Assembly (NCBI GenBank): GCA_010356995.1
Contig: ML996688.1
Coordinates: forward strand, 1,772,579-1,836,578
Length of the DNA stretch: 64,000 bases
From: Trichodelitschia bisporula
Taxonomy: Eukaryota
Direction of reading: 5' to 3'
Every line of letters begins with the position of its first letter. The stretch's first letter is position 1. Both the position numbers and the translations under genes were made by a program. Below, piece after piece: positions 51,202 through 63,295 of the stretch. The notes under the pieces are model-generated. The model ran no database searches, was not told the origin of the DNA, and worked only from the letters and a program-made list of their open reading frames with translations.

Positions 51202-53059
51202 TCACACTTCAAATCTAACCGCCCTCTTCACCATCCCCTTCGGTGCAGCCGGGGTAGCCGCCTTCGGCTTCGGCGCCGCCGCTCCCTTCGGCAGCTGCGC
51301 ACCACTCGTCCCTAGCAGGGCGGCAAGGCTAGATAACCCCCCACTCCCGCCCGCAGCACCCGCATTCGTGAAACTCGACATAAGCGAGCACCCAATATCC
51401 AGCCCCCGCGGACTTACAAACTTAACATCTCCAACATTCGACCCACCAAGTTGGACCACACTCGCCTTGGCCGCATCATACATCGGCCACCCCGCCTTCG
51501 CAAGCGCGTTCTCGGGATCCTTAGCGAAGCCCGCCCAGGCGGACATCATGGTCTTGATGATTTTTTGTTGCGCGGGCGTGTCGGGGATGAAGCTGGCGGC
51601 GCTGACGTTCGCTTTGGACTGGTAGAACTTCTGCTGGAATTCCGTGCTGCCGAAGACTTGTCCGATTTCGCTGCCGTGCCACGCGCCGCCGCCGGGCGCG
51701 AGGGCTTGGTTGGGATACTCGCCTGCATACAAGTAGCGCCATGCCTTGACGCCCTGCGCCATGCGCGCGGCCGCTGCGTCGCCGCTCGGGCACGAGAAGC
51801 CCGCGCTCGCCAGCTTGAGCAGCGGGTTCGCGAGGTTGGCCTTCTGGTTCGCGATATACAGGAAGAGCGCGACTTCGTTCGCATTATTCCCGACCAGCAG
51901 CGGGCGCTTGATGAATTTTCCCGCCGCACTGCGCGCCCCGTAGTCGTTCATCACGACGCGGCCGTCGGGGATAGGCCCGTAGTCGCCCATGCCACCGAAG
52001 TTAGCCGCCGCGCCGGTCGGGCGGATGGCCTCCATCACGGTGCGCCAGGGCTTGCCCTTCATGCAGGCAGTGCTGGTAGCCGCGTCCGTGCAGCCCAGTT
52101 TTGCGGCCAACGTATACCAGCGCTGCGTGCTGTTGCCCGCGCCGCCGAGCATGCCGCCCATGCTCGAGGTGCCGGACTGCGCGATGAAGGCGTTGACGAT
52201 GGGGTCGGCGGTCCAGGCGTAGGCGTACATGTCGACGGAGGCGCCGCCCGCAGACTCGCCGAAGAGGGTGATGCGCTTCGGGTCACCGCCGAAGGCGGCG
52301 ATGTTGTCGCGGATCCATTCGATGGCGAGGCGTTGGTCGAGGAGGCCCAGGTTCTGGTCTGAGACATGCGGGGAGCCGGGGAAGCCGAGGATATTGAGGC
52401 GGTAGCTGGCTCGGGTTAGAAGAAAGTATTTGGAAGGGAGGCGGGGACGCACTTCATGCTCACGACTATAACGTCTTGCTCGGCGGCCAGGCGCGCGCCG
52501 TTGTAGGACGCGACCTCAGTAGCGCCTAGCGCGAAGCCGCCGCCGTAGATCCAGACGAGCACGGCTTTGGCCTTTTCACCTGTCTGCGGCTGGGTCCACA
52601 CGTTCAGCGTCAGGCAATCTTCGTCGTAGGTGACGCCCCGCTGACCGAGGGAGGAGAGGATGACACCCGGTGCGGTGTCGACCTTCGGCGCATTGTCGAA
52701 GGAAGGGGTGTTTGCGGGGCAGGATCTGGGGAGTTAGCGATTATGGGAGCACGCGGTGGTGCGCGTACGGGGACTGCCATGTTAGATTTGCTCTTTATAT
52801 CTCTGGGAGCAGTGCTTACATATTTTGTCGCGTCAATGGCTTTGGGGCTATTGTATGCGACTGGCTTCTCCCACCGCAGCGGCCCCACTGGTGGCTGGGC
52901 GAACGGCACTCCCAGATACTCACTCACGGTCGGCTGCCATGCCGACGGCTGGCCCTTCAGCGTACCGCTGGTAGTTTTAACAGTTTCGCCGACGGTCCAA
53001 GCCGCAACGGCGGGAAGAAATGAGGGGACGGCCAACAGGCCGGCAAGGAGGGCGTGCAT
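51202..53059 (-). CDS. Secreted type-B carboxylesterase/cholinesterase-like
   Basis: Signal peptide MHALLAGLLAVPSFLPAVAA. Motifs YLGVPFA, DEDCLTLNVW, WIYGGGF, NYRLNILGF, TLFGESAGG and WHGSEI. Introns 52774-52819, 52726-52768 and 52406-52452. Confidence 0.93.
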
Positions 53060-55508
53060 GGTAACGAGTGTGTAAGGTTTCCTGCGAGTTTGGCGCCGCG
53101 CAGGGCGGTATAAGACGGCTCACGACCATAGCGATGGCGGTGGTATACTGGCAATATGCCTTCGGCCGGGCCCTGCAATGCTGCAACCGATGCATCTGCG
53201 GGGCATATGGAGCACTTGGCCTGACGGGCGGATTGGCTCGATCGCGGGGAAAGATACTCTAGTGGAATCTGCTCGTTCCTGGGCTCGGGTGGACGGCGAA
53301 CGCCCCGTGCAGGTGGTCCGGGGGAAGAGCACCGTTAGTATGCGTGAAATCCGTGGTTCGGCCCTAAGAGATGTGTTGTGTGCTCAGGCTTCGGCTGTGT
53401 CTGGAGATATTGTCGCCATGTCGCTTCATGCATACACTCACCAGCGACGACACACGGTTCAATTGGGCTCATCGAATCTTTGAACCCACGTAATTCCAGA
53501 TCTAACTCCTCGTTAGCGCTTTGTGGCCACACTCATCCGCTGGTTTTCACCGTCGATGCAGTGAAGTGCCGATGCCAAGGCAAAGTGATGTCGGAGGTTA
53601 AGGACGAGCCGAATATGCGCAAATGGATTTATAACGCAGTTATAGGCGATTGATTTCCAGGCTAAGACGACTGAAGTCGCTAATGCGGGCGTTCCTTGAC
53701 GCTAAATGACTTGCAGTCGAGCTGAAGGCTTTTGGTGTATGTGTGGTTCACTTCGGACGTACGGTTCCAGCGATTAGTTCTAGATGCCTATTGGAAGGAA
53801 CTGCGGACCTAAGCAGCTGTAAGAATGAAATCAATATACAAGCTCCTCTGCGCAAGAATCGACACTGAGTGCATAGTGGAGTTGCTCGGGGTCGTGGGAC
53901 GTTGAATGGGTCCTATAAGTTAGCTGGCACTTGAGCCTCGAAGGCCTTCAAAGCTCGTGAATGGAACTCCTCGACTCAAAGGGTGCGGAGATGGCTAAAA
54001 TTTGGGACTGATAAGTTGAGGATATAGAAAGATGGCCCAGATACAGCCCGAAGTATAGATCAGAGAGGAAAGACGATTTCATCAGCCGCCCATGGGGACA
54101 GGGCATGCACATGCAGCGTAAAACTTGGATGCTCAGCACCGAGTACACAGGTAAGGGCTATAGCGAAGCCACTGCAATTCGGTGAGCCTAACAAAGGCTG
54201 ATATTTCACTCTTCCGACTATCGGCCGCTCCGGTGAAAGTGTTCATTGAGCAGAGATGTTAACTGTGACAATCTGTGATGAAGGCGACGGAGAACAGTTA
54301 GCCAGCGCATCACTTTGCGGGCAGTGGGAAACGCGATGAGCCCTCACCAGAAAGACCAGTCGTCTGAGAGTGTCATTCAGCAAGCTGCCTTGGGTAGCAT
54401 TTGTGTAAACTTCTCCAGAAAGATCGCTTCACGACGTTGACCTTCATCAAGGAGGGCGACGCCTGACGCGGACGAGGAATATCACAGAGCGGAAAGGAGA
54501 TAGGAATGCCGGTCAGAATATGCTACTTTTAGCGAATACGGCATCAAATATAGTCTGATCGGGATATTGTGAACTGGCATGATGTCCCGAAGGTGGTGAT
54601 GAAGCTCAAAGCTCAAAGCTCCCCCGTTCCTTCCCGCTCCCATGCCAAGAGACCAAGCAATGGGCTTGCGTGGCTTGAAAAGCTTGATCTCGACTACACA
54701 GCTATCTCACCCCAACACCAACTCCGAGCATCTTCGCTAACCATAAAGAGAGCACTCAATCTATCTCAGCTGATCCATTTACTCGCGCAGCCTTCGGCCG
54801 CCAAAGTCTGGTCCTGCACATCAATCAGAAACACTCGTGGCGCAACGCGTTCCTAATCCAGATACCGGGAACGACCATCGGAGGATCGGTTAAAGTTGAA
54901 GTTGGCCTTTGCGACGTCCGACTACAGAAGTAAGTATTTCCTCGCGTCTTCGTCATCGTCGCCGCTCAAGCACAATGTCGGGCCCGGTAGGCGGGCTGAT
55001 GATCACCTCCCGGTTTGCGGGAAGCGCTGTCCGTGCAATATACCCACTGTAACGCTCCTATCCATTCTCGCGTGATTGGCACGGCGGCAGTGCCGCTTAA
55101 TCTGTCAGGCGGCTGCCCACGTGCCTCATTGCAAAGTGCTCGCTATGCAGATATCCTATGACGTGGGCCTTACAATTAATATGAACAATCTTCGCCTCCG
55201 GGCCATGGCGCGCCTGGCGAGGCTTCGCTGCGGATGTTATTTCGGCTGCGGATCCATGGACCGCCGAATGGCACGATTGGCACGAAGACCATATGCATAG
55301 CCTCGGGGGGCCAGAATGCGTACACCGTCCTCGAGGTCACATACCTCTGCAGTGTCGTATACGCTGCGGGACGTGCGGAGATCAAACCCGGGAAAGCGCT
55401 CATGGTGACGTATAAAGCCTCCATCTCTTCCCGACGACCACCGCACGACTCGCTCCACAGCAAACCACCATCACTTCATCAGCAACACCTTCCTTATCTC
55501 TCTCCAAA

Positions 55509-55826
55509 ATGAAGCTCTCCACCATCACCCTCCTCGCCCTCCCCACCCTCTCCCTCGCCTGGGACCTACGCACCGACAGCGCATCTTTCTCCGGCCGCAA
55601 CTCCTCTCCTTGCCGCACGATCAAGCACCAGCGCGGCGGCTACTTCGTCTGGAAAGACGACAATAGCCGGGGCGATGGGCGTGGCGGGCCTGACCGTGAT
55701 GGCCGCCGCGGGTGCTGCATCTTCCTCTACGACGACCGGACGTGTGGCGGCCGCGCCGATAAGCATTGCCGCGACTTTGCCGGCAATGCCGACTTTAATT
55801 TCGACTCGTTCCGTGTGGAGTGTTAA
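55509..55826 (+). CDS. Small secreted cysteine-rich protein (effector-like)
   Basis: Signal peptide MKLSTITLLALPTLSLA, 105 aa, 6 Cys including CC. TATAAA at ~55411. Confidence 0.82.
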   Translation: MKLSTITLLALPTLSLAWDLRTDSASFSGRNSSPCRTIKHQRGGYFVWKDDNSRGDGRGGPDRDGRRGCCIFLYDDRTCGGRADKHCRDFAGNADFNFDSFRVEC

Positions 55827-56274
55827 ATGAGGATGGTGGGGGGTCGGCGGAGAGATGGTGCTGTGTATAGTTGCAATGGAGAACCTGAAGACGGGATGAA
55901 TACTGCTTGTGCTGTAATGATGGACTGCTCTGAACTGCATGTATGCTTCTGCTGAAGTTTTTGACTTCAGACCTGCTCGATCTTTTGGATGTCGTGATGA
56001 GCAGATGACTTTCCTGACCAAGGGCTGCCCAAAAAAGGTATGCCCTTCCTCCTCCGAATTTTGGCAGAGGTCTGTCGCTGGGGGCGACATGACTTTTTCG
56101 ATTAGCTCTTCGACCCTCTCCCGATCATGCCGAGCGCCAGACCTGATGCTCCCGTCCCGAGATCCCGCGGCCCGAACACCAAGCCACAGCCAGGCGAGCC
56201 CAAAAAGGAAACTAACGAAAAATTTGTACAAAGCCCAGCCAAATTACTATGGCGGGACCTTAAATCATCAAATA

Positions 56275-56377
56275 GGCAAGATGGCCGAGCGGTCTAAGGC
56301 GCCAGCTTCAGGTTCTTCTCATCCGAGTGCATCTGCTGGTCTAGTAATAGGCGTGGGTTCGAATCCCACTCTTGTCA
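56275..56377 (+). tRNA. tRNA-Leu (anticodon CAG) with intron
   Basis: GGCAAGA/TCTTGTC acceptor stem, A-box TGGCCGAGCGG, CCAGC-TTCAGG-[intron]-GCTGG anticodon arm, long variable arm, B-box GGTTCGAATCC and a downstream T-tract. Confidence 0.93.
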
Positions 56378-56734
56378 ATATCTTTTTGCCTCTGTCTGAA
56401 GCGATGAGAAGAAGAGGGGTGGGGCGGGAAGATTCACTTTGCCCGGCTTGCAAATTAGTGAGCCAGCTTTGTTTTGTCCTGAGTTGTCTTCAGTGGCTCC
56501 GGCATCGCATCAGCAGGGTCCTGTGGTTCCTTTAAGACGAGAGGCGACGGAAAGGAAGCCGGGCTGGGCGCTTTCAGATGGTCAGCGGTATCTGATCCAG
56601 TGGATGGCATGGGTGATGAATAATGGTATCAAATGGACTGCGGCTGTACATCTATATACAGCGCAATGAAGCCCTGATACGATTCCAGCAGCTGTGCCCT
56701 CATGATAAAATGAGCTATCTGAACATCAGTGCGC

Positions 56735-58396
56735 TCAATTCTGTAGTCCCAGCATCATCCCCATCCATACCCTTGCTGTACTGGAGTTTTCGTTCTGCAT
56801 GCATAGGCGTTGTAAGTCACACAAGACTTGGAGGAGGGCGGCACTCTCCTGCGAGGTGAACTTGGTCACCGGTACGTCCCGACAGTTGTCATTTGGAACG
56901 GAAACCGTCACACCTGACCAATCAAAGATGGGGTGACTGTCTGCAGAGTCTTCCTGGTAAAGTGAGCGGGCAGCCCATGAGTCTCTTGAGGCAACCAAGT
57001 GATCGACTAGTTTGTGCCTTTCGTTGAAGCTCAAATCTGCCACCGATAGGTCCTTAATGCGACCAAGAGAGACTGTCACACCTTGCCAGTGAAGACGAGG
57101 GTTAGGGGCTTTCGCTATGACTTGATCTGCCAGATCGTAGATATTCGGCGATGCCGCCCGCTTTGAAGTGGACTTTGCTACCGGTACGGCTTGCACTGCG
57201 CCTCCCTGATTCGGGGCTTCCTGCGCCTGGACTCTCTCCATAGGGGCCGCTTCAGTAAGTTCGCGTGAGTCAAGCCTTCCGGGAAATGATTCCTGGGCGT
57301 CCGATATTGCCAAAACTGGTGCAGGAGAGGCTTCCTGCGCCAGGACTCCCGCCGCTGTGGCCGCTTCAGTAAGCCTGAATGACTGAAGCGGCTTGGGATA
57401 TGATTCCTGGGCGTCTGATGTTGCCAAATCTGGTGCAGAAGGGGCTTCCTCCGTCTGGACTCCCTCCGCCGGCCCTGCTTCAGTAAATCTAAATGACGGG
57501 AAAGGTTCGGGATATGATCCCTGGGCGTCCGATGCTGCCAAACCCAGTACAATAGATGGGTGAGATACGTGACGAGATGCGCTTGCCTGGTCCAGGGTTT
57601 CCTGCGCCCAGATTCCTTCCGCCGGGGCCGCTTCAGAGAATCCGAAGGATGGAAGCGGTTTGGGATACGATTCCGGGGCGTCCGATGTTGCTAACTCTGG
57701 TACAGGAGGGTTTTCTTGCGCCTGGATGCTTTCCACCGGGGCCGCTCCCAGAAGTTCGGATGGTTGAAATGTTTGGGCAAGCGCCCCCTCGGCACCTGAT
57801 GTTGGCACACTTGGGATGGTCCGATGAGGGAATTCGGTTCGCAAAATGTCTTGTATATAAGGATGCAACTCTTTTTGGCGCGGTAAAGGGTGAACGTTTG
57901 GTGGATAGAGTCTTTCGGGACAATTAGTGCGCATTGACCGACGCTGCGTCATCGTTCCCAGCTCCTCATTAACATCCCACACCGTTTGATACCGTAGCTG
58001 TGCATCTGAAAGAGAGGATATGAGGTCGATGGCTCTTTTGGTTGGCTGTCCAGTTGCAGAGCGGAGAATTTCACCAGCAGTTTTAAACCCTGCGTAATTA
58101 TACAAGCGCCAGTTGTAACTTTTTTGCATGATAGCGCGGGCAATGGAACCTAGCCTCGCGTCGCTCAAAGGACCAGCCGTGGACTTGCTGAGCAGTTGTG
58201 GATGTCCCTCCATGCGATCCACAATGTCCGATATCTCGGATTTTGTTTGCCAGTAGTTCAGCTCCCAGCCTGCGGCTCTTGAAGAAATTCTTATAGGAAT
58301 GTCTACGTCGCGAAGTGGCCTCCCACTGACTCGAGATGTGATCCTTGGTTCGATAAAGTCCGGAGGACCACGCGAAACCCACACGAGCCTCGACAT
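56735..58396 (-). CDS. Unknown protein with internal tandem repeats
   Basis: 553-aa ORF with about four ~39-aa repeats (P.LA.SDAQESYP.P..SF...EA.PAEGV.AQE) and a duplicated C-terminal module (W.GVTVS). The 5' end may extend further. Confidence 0.65.
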   Translation of the reverse strand: MSRLVWVSRGPPDFIEPRITSRVSGRPLRDVDIPIRISSRAAGWELNYWQTKSEISDIVDRMEGHPQLLSKSTAGPLSDARLGSIARAIMQKSYNWRLYNYAGFKTAGEILRSATGQPTKRAIDLISSLSDAQLRYQTVWDVNEELGTMTQRRSMRTNCPERLYPPNVHPLPRQKELHPYIQDILRTEFPHRTIPSVPTSGAEGALAQTFQPSELLGAAPVESIQAQENPPVPELATSDAPESYPKPLPSFGFSEAAPAEGIWAQETLDQASASRHVSHPSIVLGLAASDAQGSYPEPFPSFRFTEAGPAEGVQTEEAPSAPDLATSDAQESYPKPLQSFRLTEAATAAGVLAQEASPAPVLAISDAQESFPGRLDSRELTEAAPMERVQAQEAPNQGGAVQAVPVAKSTSKRAASPNIYDLADQVIAKAPNPRLHWQGVTVSLGRIKDLSVADLSFNERHKLVDHLVASRDSWAARSLYQEDSADSHPIFDWSGVTVSVPNDNCRDVPVTKFTSQESAALLQVLCDLQRLCMQNENSSTARVWMGMMLGLQN

Positions 58397-59294
58397 ACAC
58401 GCAGGGAGGTTGTTTCTCGAGATATCGCGCTCCGACTCGAGGTAGCTCGTGAAGTCTTCTGGGTGATCGCAGGATTGGCGCAGTATCCTGTAAAGACCTG
58501 GATCTGGATCAGGTCCCGGGGGCTTCGCTACCTTGTAGTACTCCTCTTCCCTGGGGTGATTGAACAGGGGTTGCGGACGAGGCGGGAACCGGACACCCGG
58601 GACGAACAGGTCGTTATCTTCTTCTTGTCTCGGTCAGATTTGAATAGCCATTGATAATGAAATAGATCACAAACCCATATTGACGTCGTATACCATTGAA
58701 GATGTCGCTGAGGGTCGGAAATCGCCGCGGTTTGAAGAACGTGAAGGATGTCGTATGGCGTACGTTGATGTCAGCTTTCCTAGCTATACCACTTCTGCGA
58801 AAAGCGTATGGGAAGAACGATTGTTGGTTATGGGTGATATGGCGGCTTGACGAGGATGTTGACTGGGTATGTTTCCTGTGACTTGGTCGTATGTGCGACG
58901 AGTGTTGATTTGACGTCCGGCATGTCAACTCACACTTACTCACGGCAGCAAGGTCACTGCCACATACGTGCGGCGCCGCAGCCACCGATGTGCGGGGCCA
59001 CTGCCGCACGTGTGTGGGTTGAGACCTGAACGTGGAGGAAGCTGAGGTTGAGATCAAGGACTTGGCGCGGCCAGGGTTAAGCAGGGCGGGTATCCCTCAA
59101 CGGTAAAGGAGGCAGCTGCACCTTTGAGGTGAACGAGGAAAATATGGCGGACTGCGGCAGGTGGAGAGGTGGGGAGAAAGAGTTAAAGTTGAAGTAAAAT
59201 TGCATTTCGCGAGATGGTTAAGCCAGTGCTCTCTAAACTGTGACGGTCAGCGCTATGAAAAGCGAGTGGTTTAGGATATGGATGATCTCCGTCT

Positions 59295-60573
59295 TTAAAC
59301 ATGCTCGGACAGGCCGGTGTTTCTCCAATTCGCGTTCGCTCCATACCAGCGACCGTTAACATTGCCCTCTCCTTCTTGGTTGTGGTGAACTGCGGCAGCC
59401 AGGCCGTTGTGAATCCTCACAGCATCTAAAATGTTAGCCAGCGATGTCACAGTATGCCGGTACCACGTACCTAGTTCGAGAGACTCTGCAGGTTGAGACT
59501 GCCGGCGTCCGCACATCAACCATCCCGGCAGGAACCGATCAGCCGCACTCGCCGCTCCGGAATGCCTGAGTAAGTGATCGAAAACCTGCCGCATGGGCGC
59601 CATCAACAATTCACGCTGCCGCTGCGTAAGGCCAAAGAGCGCAAACGAGATGAACGCAAAGATTGGCCACGTCCAGCGGTTATTTGCAACACTTCCGCCC
59701 GTAGCGATGAAGTGGGCCGTGTTGTGCTTTTTGTGAATGAGGTCCCAGTCGTATTTGACGCCGTCCGAGGTCTTAGAGAAGGTGATAAGTTGCCCTATGG
59801 TTGGCGGGAGCAAGGAAAAGATGACGGAGCTAGCCATGAGAAACATGCGAATGAAGGCGGATGGAGTTGTGCTGCTTTGGCTCAGGATGGACGTGAATTG
59901 CGAGTAATGCCTGTACAGACGAAACACAAGAAGCGCTGGACCTGGTTAGCGAGGCTGGCGTATGGAAGGCCTACCTACCAGCCCAGCCGAGAGCCATGAG
60001 GGACAGTACCAAAGGCCAGACAAGCACAATTCCAATGGTGGCAGGCGTTATAGAGCGCGCCGGTTCGCACCCGGTGATGGAGTGAATCTCGTACCGGCCC
60101 AGTTGGACGCTGTAGTACGACGCCGCGATCAACGCCGGAAATGCAATGCAGCAAGTACCGTTAAAGATTTTGTCAGAGCCCAGAACGCCCCACCGGGCTC
60201 TGTTGATGGCATGGTCCGGATTGACCACCTTGCAGAGCCAGCGCATGATGCACATGGCAGAGGCGGGTAGAGCGACCAACAAGAACACCATGGTGTAGAC
60301 TTCGATGTCGCAAAGTCCTTCTCCATTATACCAATGCATGAGGTCGTCGTCTGGCCAGATGATTGCGTTGATGAACCCAATGAAGTTTAAGAGCACGAGG
60401 AAAACCAAGAGTATAAGCACAGTGCTGTTACGCGGCGTCCCTACAGCGAAGAGAAGTGAATAAACACACATCATAAGGGCCAAGCCGCAAAGGACGGCCA
60501 TCATGTAGACCTTCCATGAGCGATACGTCAAGTCGCTTAGGTTGGCGTGCGTCCAGTTGTAGTCGATTTTCAT
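59295..60573 (-). CDS. STE3: STE3-type (a-factor) pheromone receptor GPCR
   Basis: FINAIIWPDDD..WYNGEGLCDIEV, CIMRWL, YSVQLGRYEIHSITGCEP, LVWPL and FRLYRH. Seven hydrophobic segments. Intron ~59940-59978. Confidence 0.88.
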
Positions 60574-61601
60574 CCTCAGAGAATCTTCTGGAGTACTAAT
60601 AGCAGTCAATGATGGTTATAAGAGGTTGAATAGATGGCCATGAGGATGCAAAATCTGTTCGAAGGAGAGTATCGCACTTCCGACGAAGTTGTTAAAGGAG
60701 CTTGCTTATGTCGGAAGACGGGCGGGCAGTCACAAATGATAGAGCAAGCCATCGTTGGAGACAGGGGGCTCTATAGAACTGAAGGCTCAGGCTCAATGAC
60801 AGAGACATATTGGATGTACCAAGCAAAGTTACTGGCTGCTATGGATGAGAGTGTCGTCAATCAGTGCTCACCCACGCTTCATGATGGACGCTCAGATGCG
60901 AAACACACTTCCCGATTCGGACTCAATGAAGCTTTGTACCCGTGAAATGACCTTAAGCCTCGCACAGGAAAGAGCAGGACAGTCTCTCAATTTACAGAAC
61001 TTGCTCGAGCGGAGTGGGTCCAGCCTCGTAAGTTCATGACTTCCGGCTGCCGTGAAGCGGTCAGCGTGGCAGACTGCGACTGCGACCGGGCGCCGTAAAT
61101 GTCGGTCTCGGACATTTCGAAGAACTCGTGATACCACGCCAATAGTGAACCCAATGGGAGCAAAGTTGTGAAGAGTTCAAGAGGATGTGTGTATTATTGA
61201 TAGTGAGATGTATAGGTGAGGTGGTCCTCTGCATCTCGCAATGTCCTGAGTGGTGGAACTGGTCCGTGCGTGATCTTCGAGGCGCCAAGGCAAATTGATT
61301 GAATGACAGGGTACGGCGATCTGAAGAAGTTATGGCTATCCCCGTCTGCAAGGATGCCGTTCGTGGGCGGCCAGGACTTTTCGGGATGACCCTTGGGCAC
61401 TCAACCGCCGTCATTGCATCGCGAGGGTGTTCAGCTCCTCTCCCAACGTCACTCCTAGCATCTCTGCCTCACTGATGCGTCCCACCTCACTCCAGCTGGC
61501 GTGCATTGTGGGAACCATGCACGGCGACATCCAGCGCATCCCATCCTCCCTCATATCCGCCTCTCTGGCCAGCTCTACCGGCTGAGGGAGCACGCGCCAT
61601 C

Positions 61602-62837
61602 ATGTCCGACCCGGAGGAAAGCTTCGGCCGCGCCACGGGCATTCAACGTGCCAGCCCGACTCTCCGAAGAGCAAATACGCTGGGTCCTGGCCTACGGCGA
61701 ACCCGCTCGCGCCAGTTCTCTCTCGCCTCCACCGATAGCGTCTTCTCGGCTGGTGACCGTCCTGTTGTCGAAGCGGACGAGCCGTCGATATGGCACATGG
61801 GATCGCTCCTGTTTGTCGCACTACCTGCGGTAGCAGGGCTGTTCTTTGAGAATGGAAGTTCCGTCATGACGGATGTGCTTCTCCTGGGGTTGGGTTGTTT
61901 GTTTCTCTACTGGTCCATACGGTGGCCATGGTACGTGCTAGAGGGTATATGTAGAGCATAGATCTGACGGCACAGGCAATGGTACCGCACGGCGCAGATC
62001 CTAGTCTTTGAGCCGGAGTTCGATTCCGCCATCAACAGCGACGATGAGATGAATGAGACGAAGGAAAACGGAGATACGCACAAGCATCGCGAACGGGAGG
62101 CAGCGGTCAACTCGCTTCACAGACACGAGCTCATTGCACTTGCATCGTGTTTCGTCAGTCCAATGGCCGTGGCCTACATGCTGCACGCCATTCGACCATA
62201 CCTGTCAAGCCCCTCTGGCGGACTCGTCTCCAATTCGAATCTGACGCTGTTTGTGCTCGCCGCCGAAGTGCGGCCAGTGCTGCACCTGTTCCGGATGGCA
62301 GAGGCGCGAACACTTCATCTGCAGCGCATCGTGGCCGAATCACCGGTCGAGCCAATTCTCGACGCGGAAGGCATCCAGTCGCTCGCGCAGCGCATCGACG
62401 GTCTAGAGCGCAAGCTGTCCGCGACGTCAGACAAGCCCAACGACAAGGCGAACGACAAACGCGATGAAGTGGCGCTCACGCGTGTCCGGCAGCAGCTGCA
62501 GACGCAGCTCGACGCGCTCAACCGTGCAGTGCGGCGGTACGAGAAGCGTGAGATTACGCAGACACTACGTACCGAGGCGCGCCTGGACGGGCTGGAAGTC
62601 CAGCTTAGGGATGCGCTCACACTGGCGGCCGCGGCAACACGAGGTCAGCACCGGCGCGGCATCTTCACCATGGGTGTTGACTTCGTGTATTCCGTCTATG
62701 TCTACACTTTTGCCATCTCTAGCTATATGCTGCATGCTCCGGCTCGGCTGGCCAGCGGAGTGTATCGCTATCTGCTCGGGCCGAGAAGAAAGAAAATTCG
62801 CAGAGTTAGGCCAAAAGACAAGGCGGCTGTGGAATAG
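61602..62837 (+). CDS. Uncharacterised multi-pass membrane protein with coiled coil
   Basis: Hydrophobic segments (ALPAVAGLFFENGS, FLYWSIRWPW|QWY, NLTLFVLAAEVRP) and QLDALNRAVRRYEKRE. Intron 61931-61975. Confidence 0.8.
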
Positions 62838-63295
62838 TAATGCACAGCCGATGCTATGATCTGTCGAATATTGAGACCGGCAAGTACCTTCCGGGCACAG
62901 GTCGCACAACGTCATCTGTGCAGAGTTTCAGCCTTCCCAATCGAATCGGTGTCCCGATCTTACCACTTCTCTGCATGAATATGTCAGAGCAGATGCCGTT
63001 GGTGTACGCCCTCCCCTGCATCTCCCTTTTCGTCTATATCCGGACGTTAATCCTTGGATGAGATGCATCTCAGCCTCGTATCTGCAGTCTCGATCTGCAG
63101 TCTCATTGCTGCCTGCTGAGATAGCTCCGCTAAATCCCGGTGCTGATCGTCGTTTCTTATTTCGTTGGCGCTTCCACCCCTGCTCACTTCGGCGCCCATT
63201 TTCCTACCCCACATCTGCCCCGCATCTATATAAAGCAGCCTCGTTGCCGAGTATCACAGCAACAATCAACATCGCCACATCTCAATTCCGCAATC

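Noticed and set aside
4488..53059. Large inverted duplication linking each esterase with a micro-protein cluster
   Set aside because: The esterases are highly diverged with largely different intron patterns, and gene order in the two clusters does not mirror.
56735..60573. Possible mating-type locus around STE3
   Set aside because: No HMG-box, alpha-box, APN2 or SLA2 genes and no pheromone precursor seen; in ascomycetes the receptors are generally unlinked to MAT.
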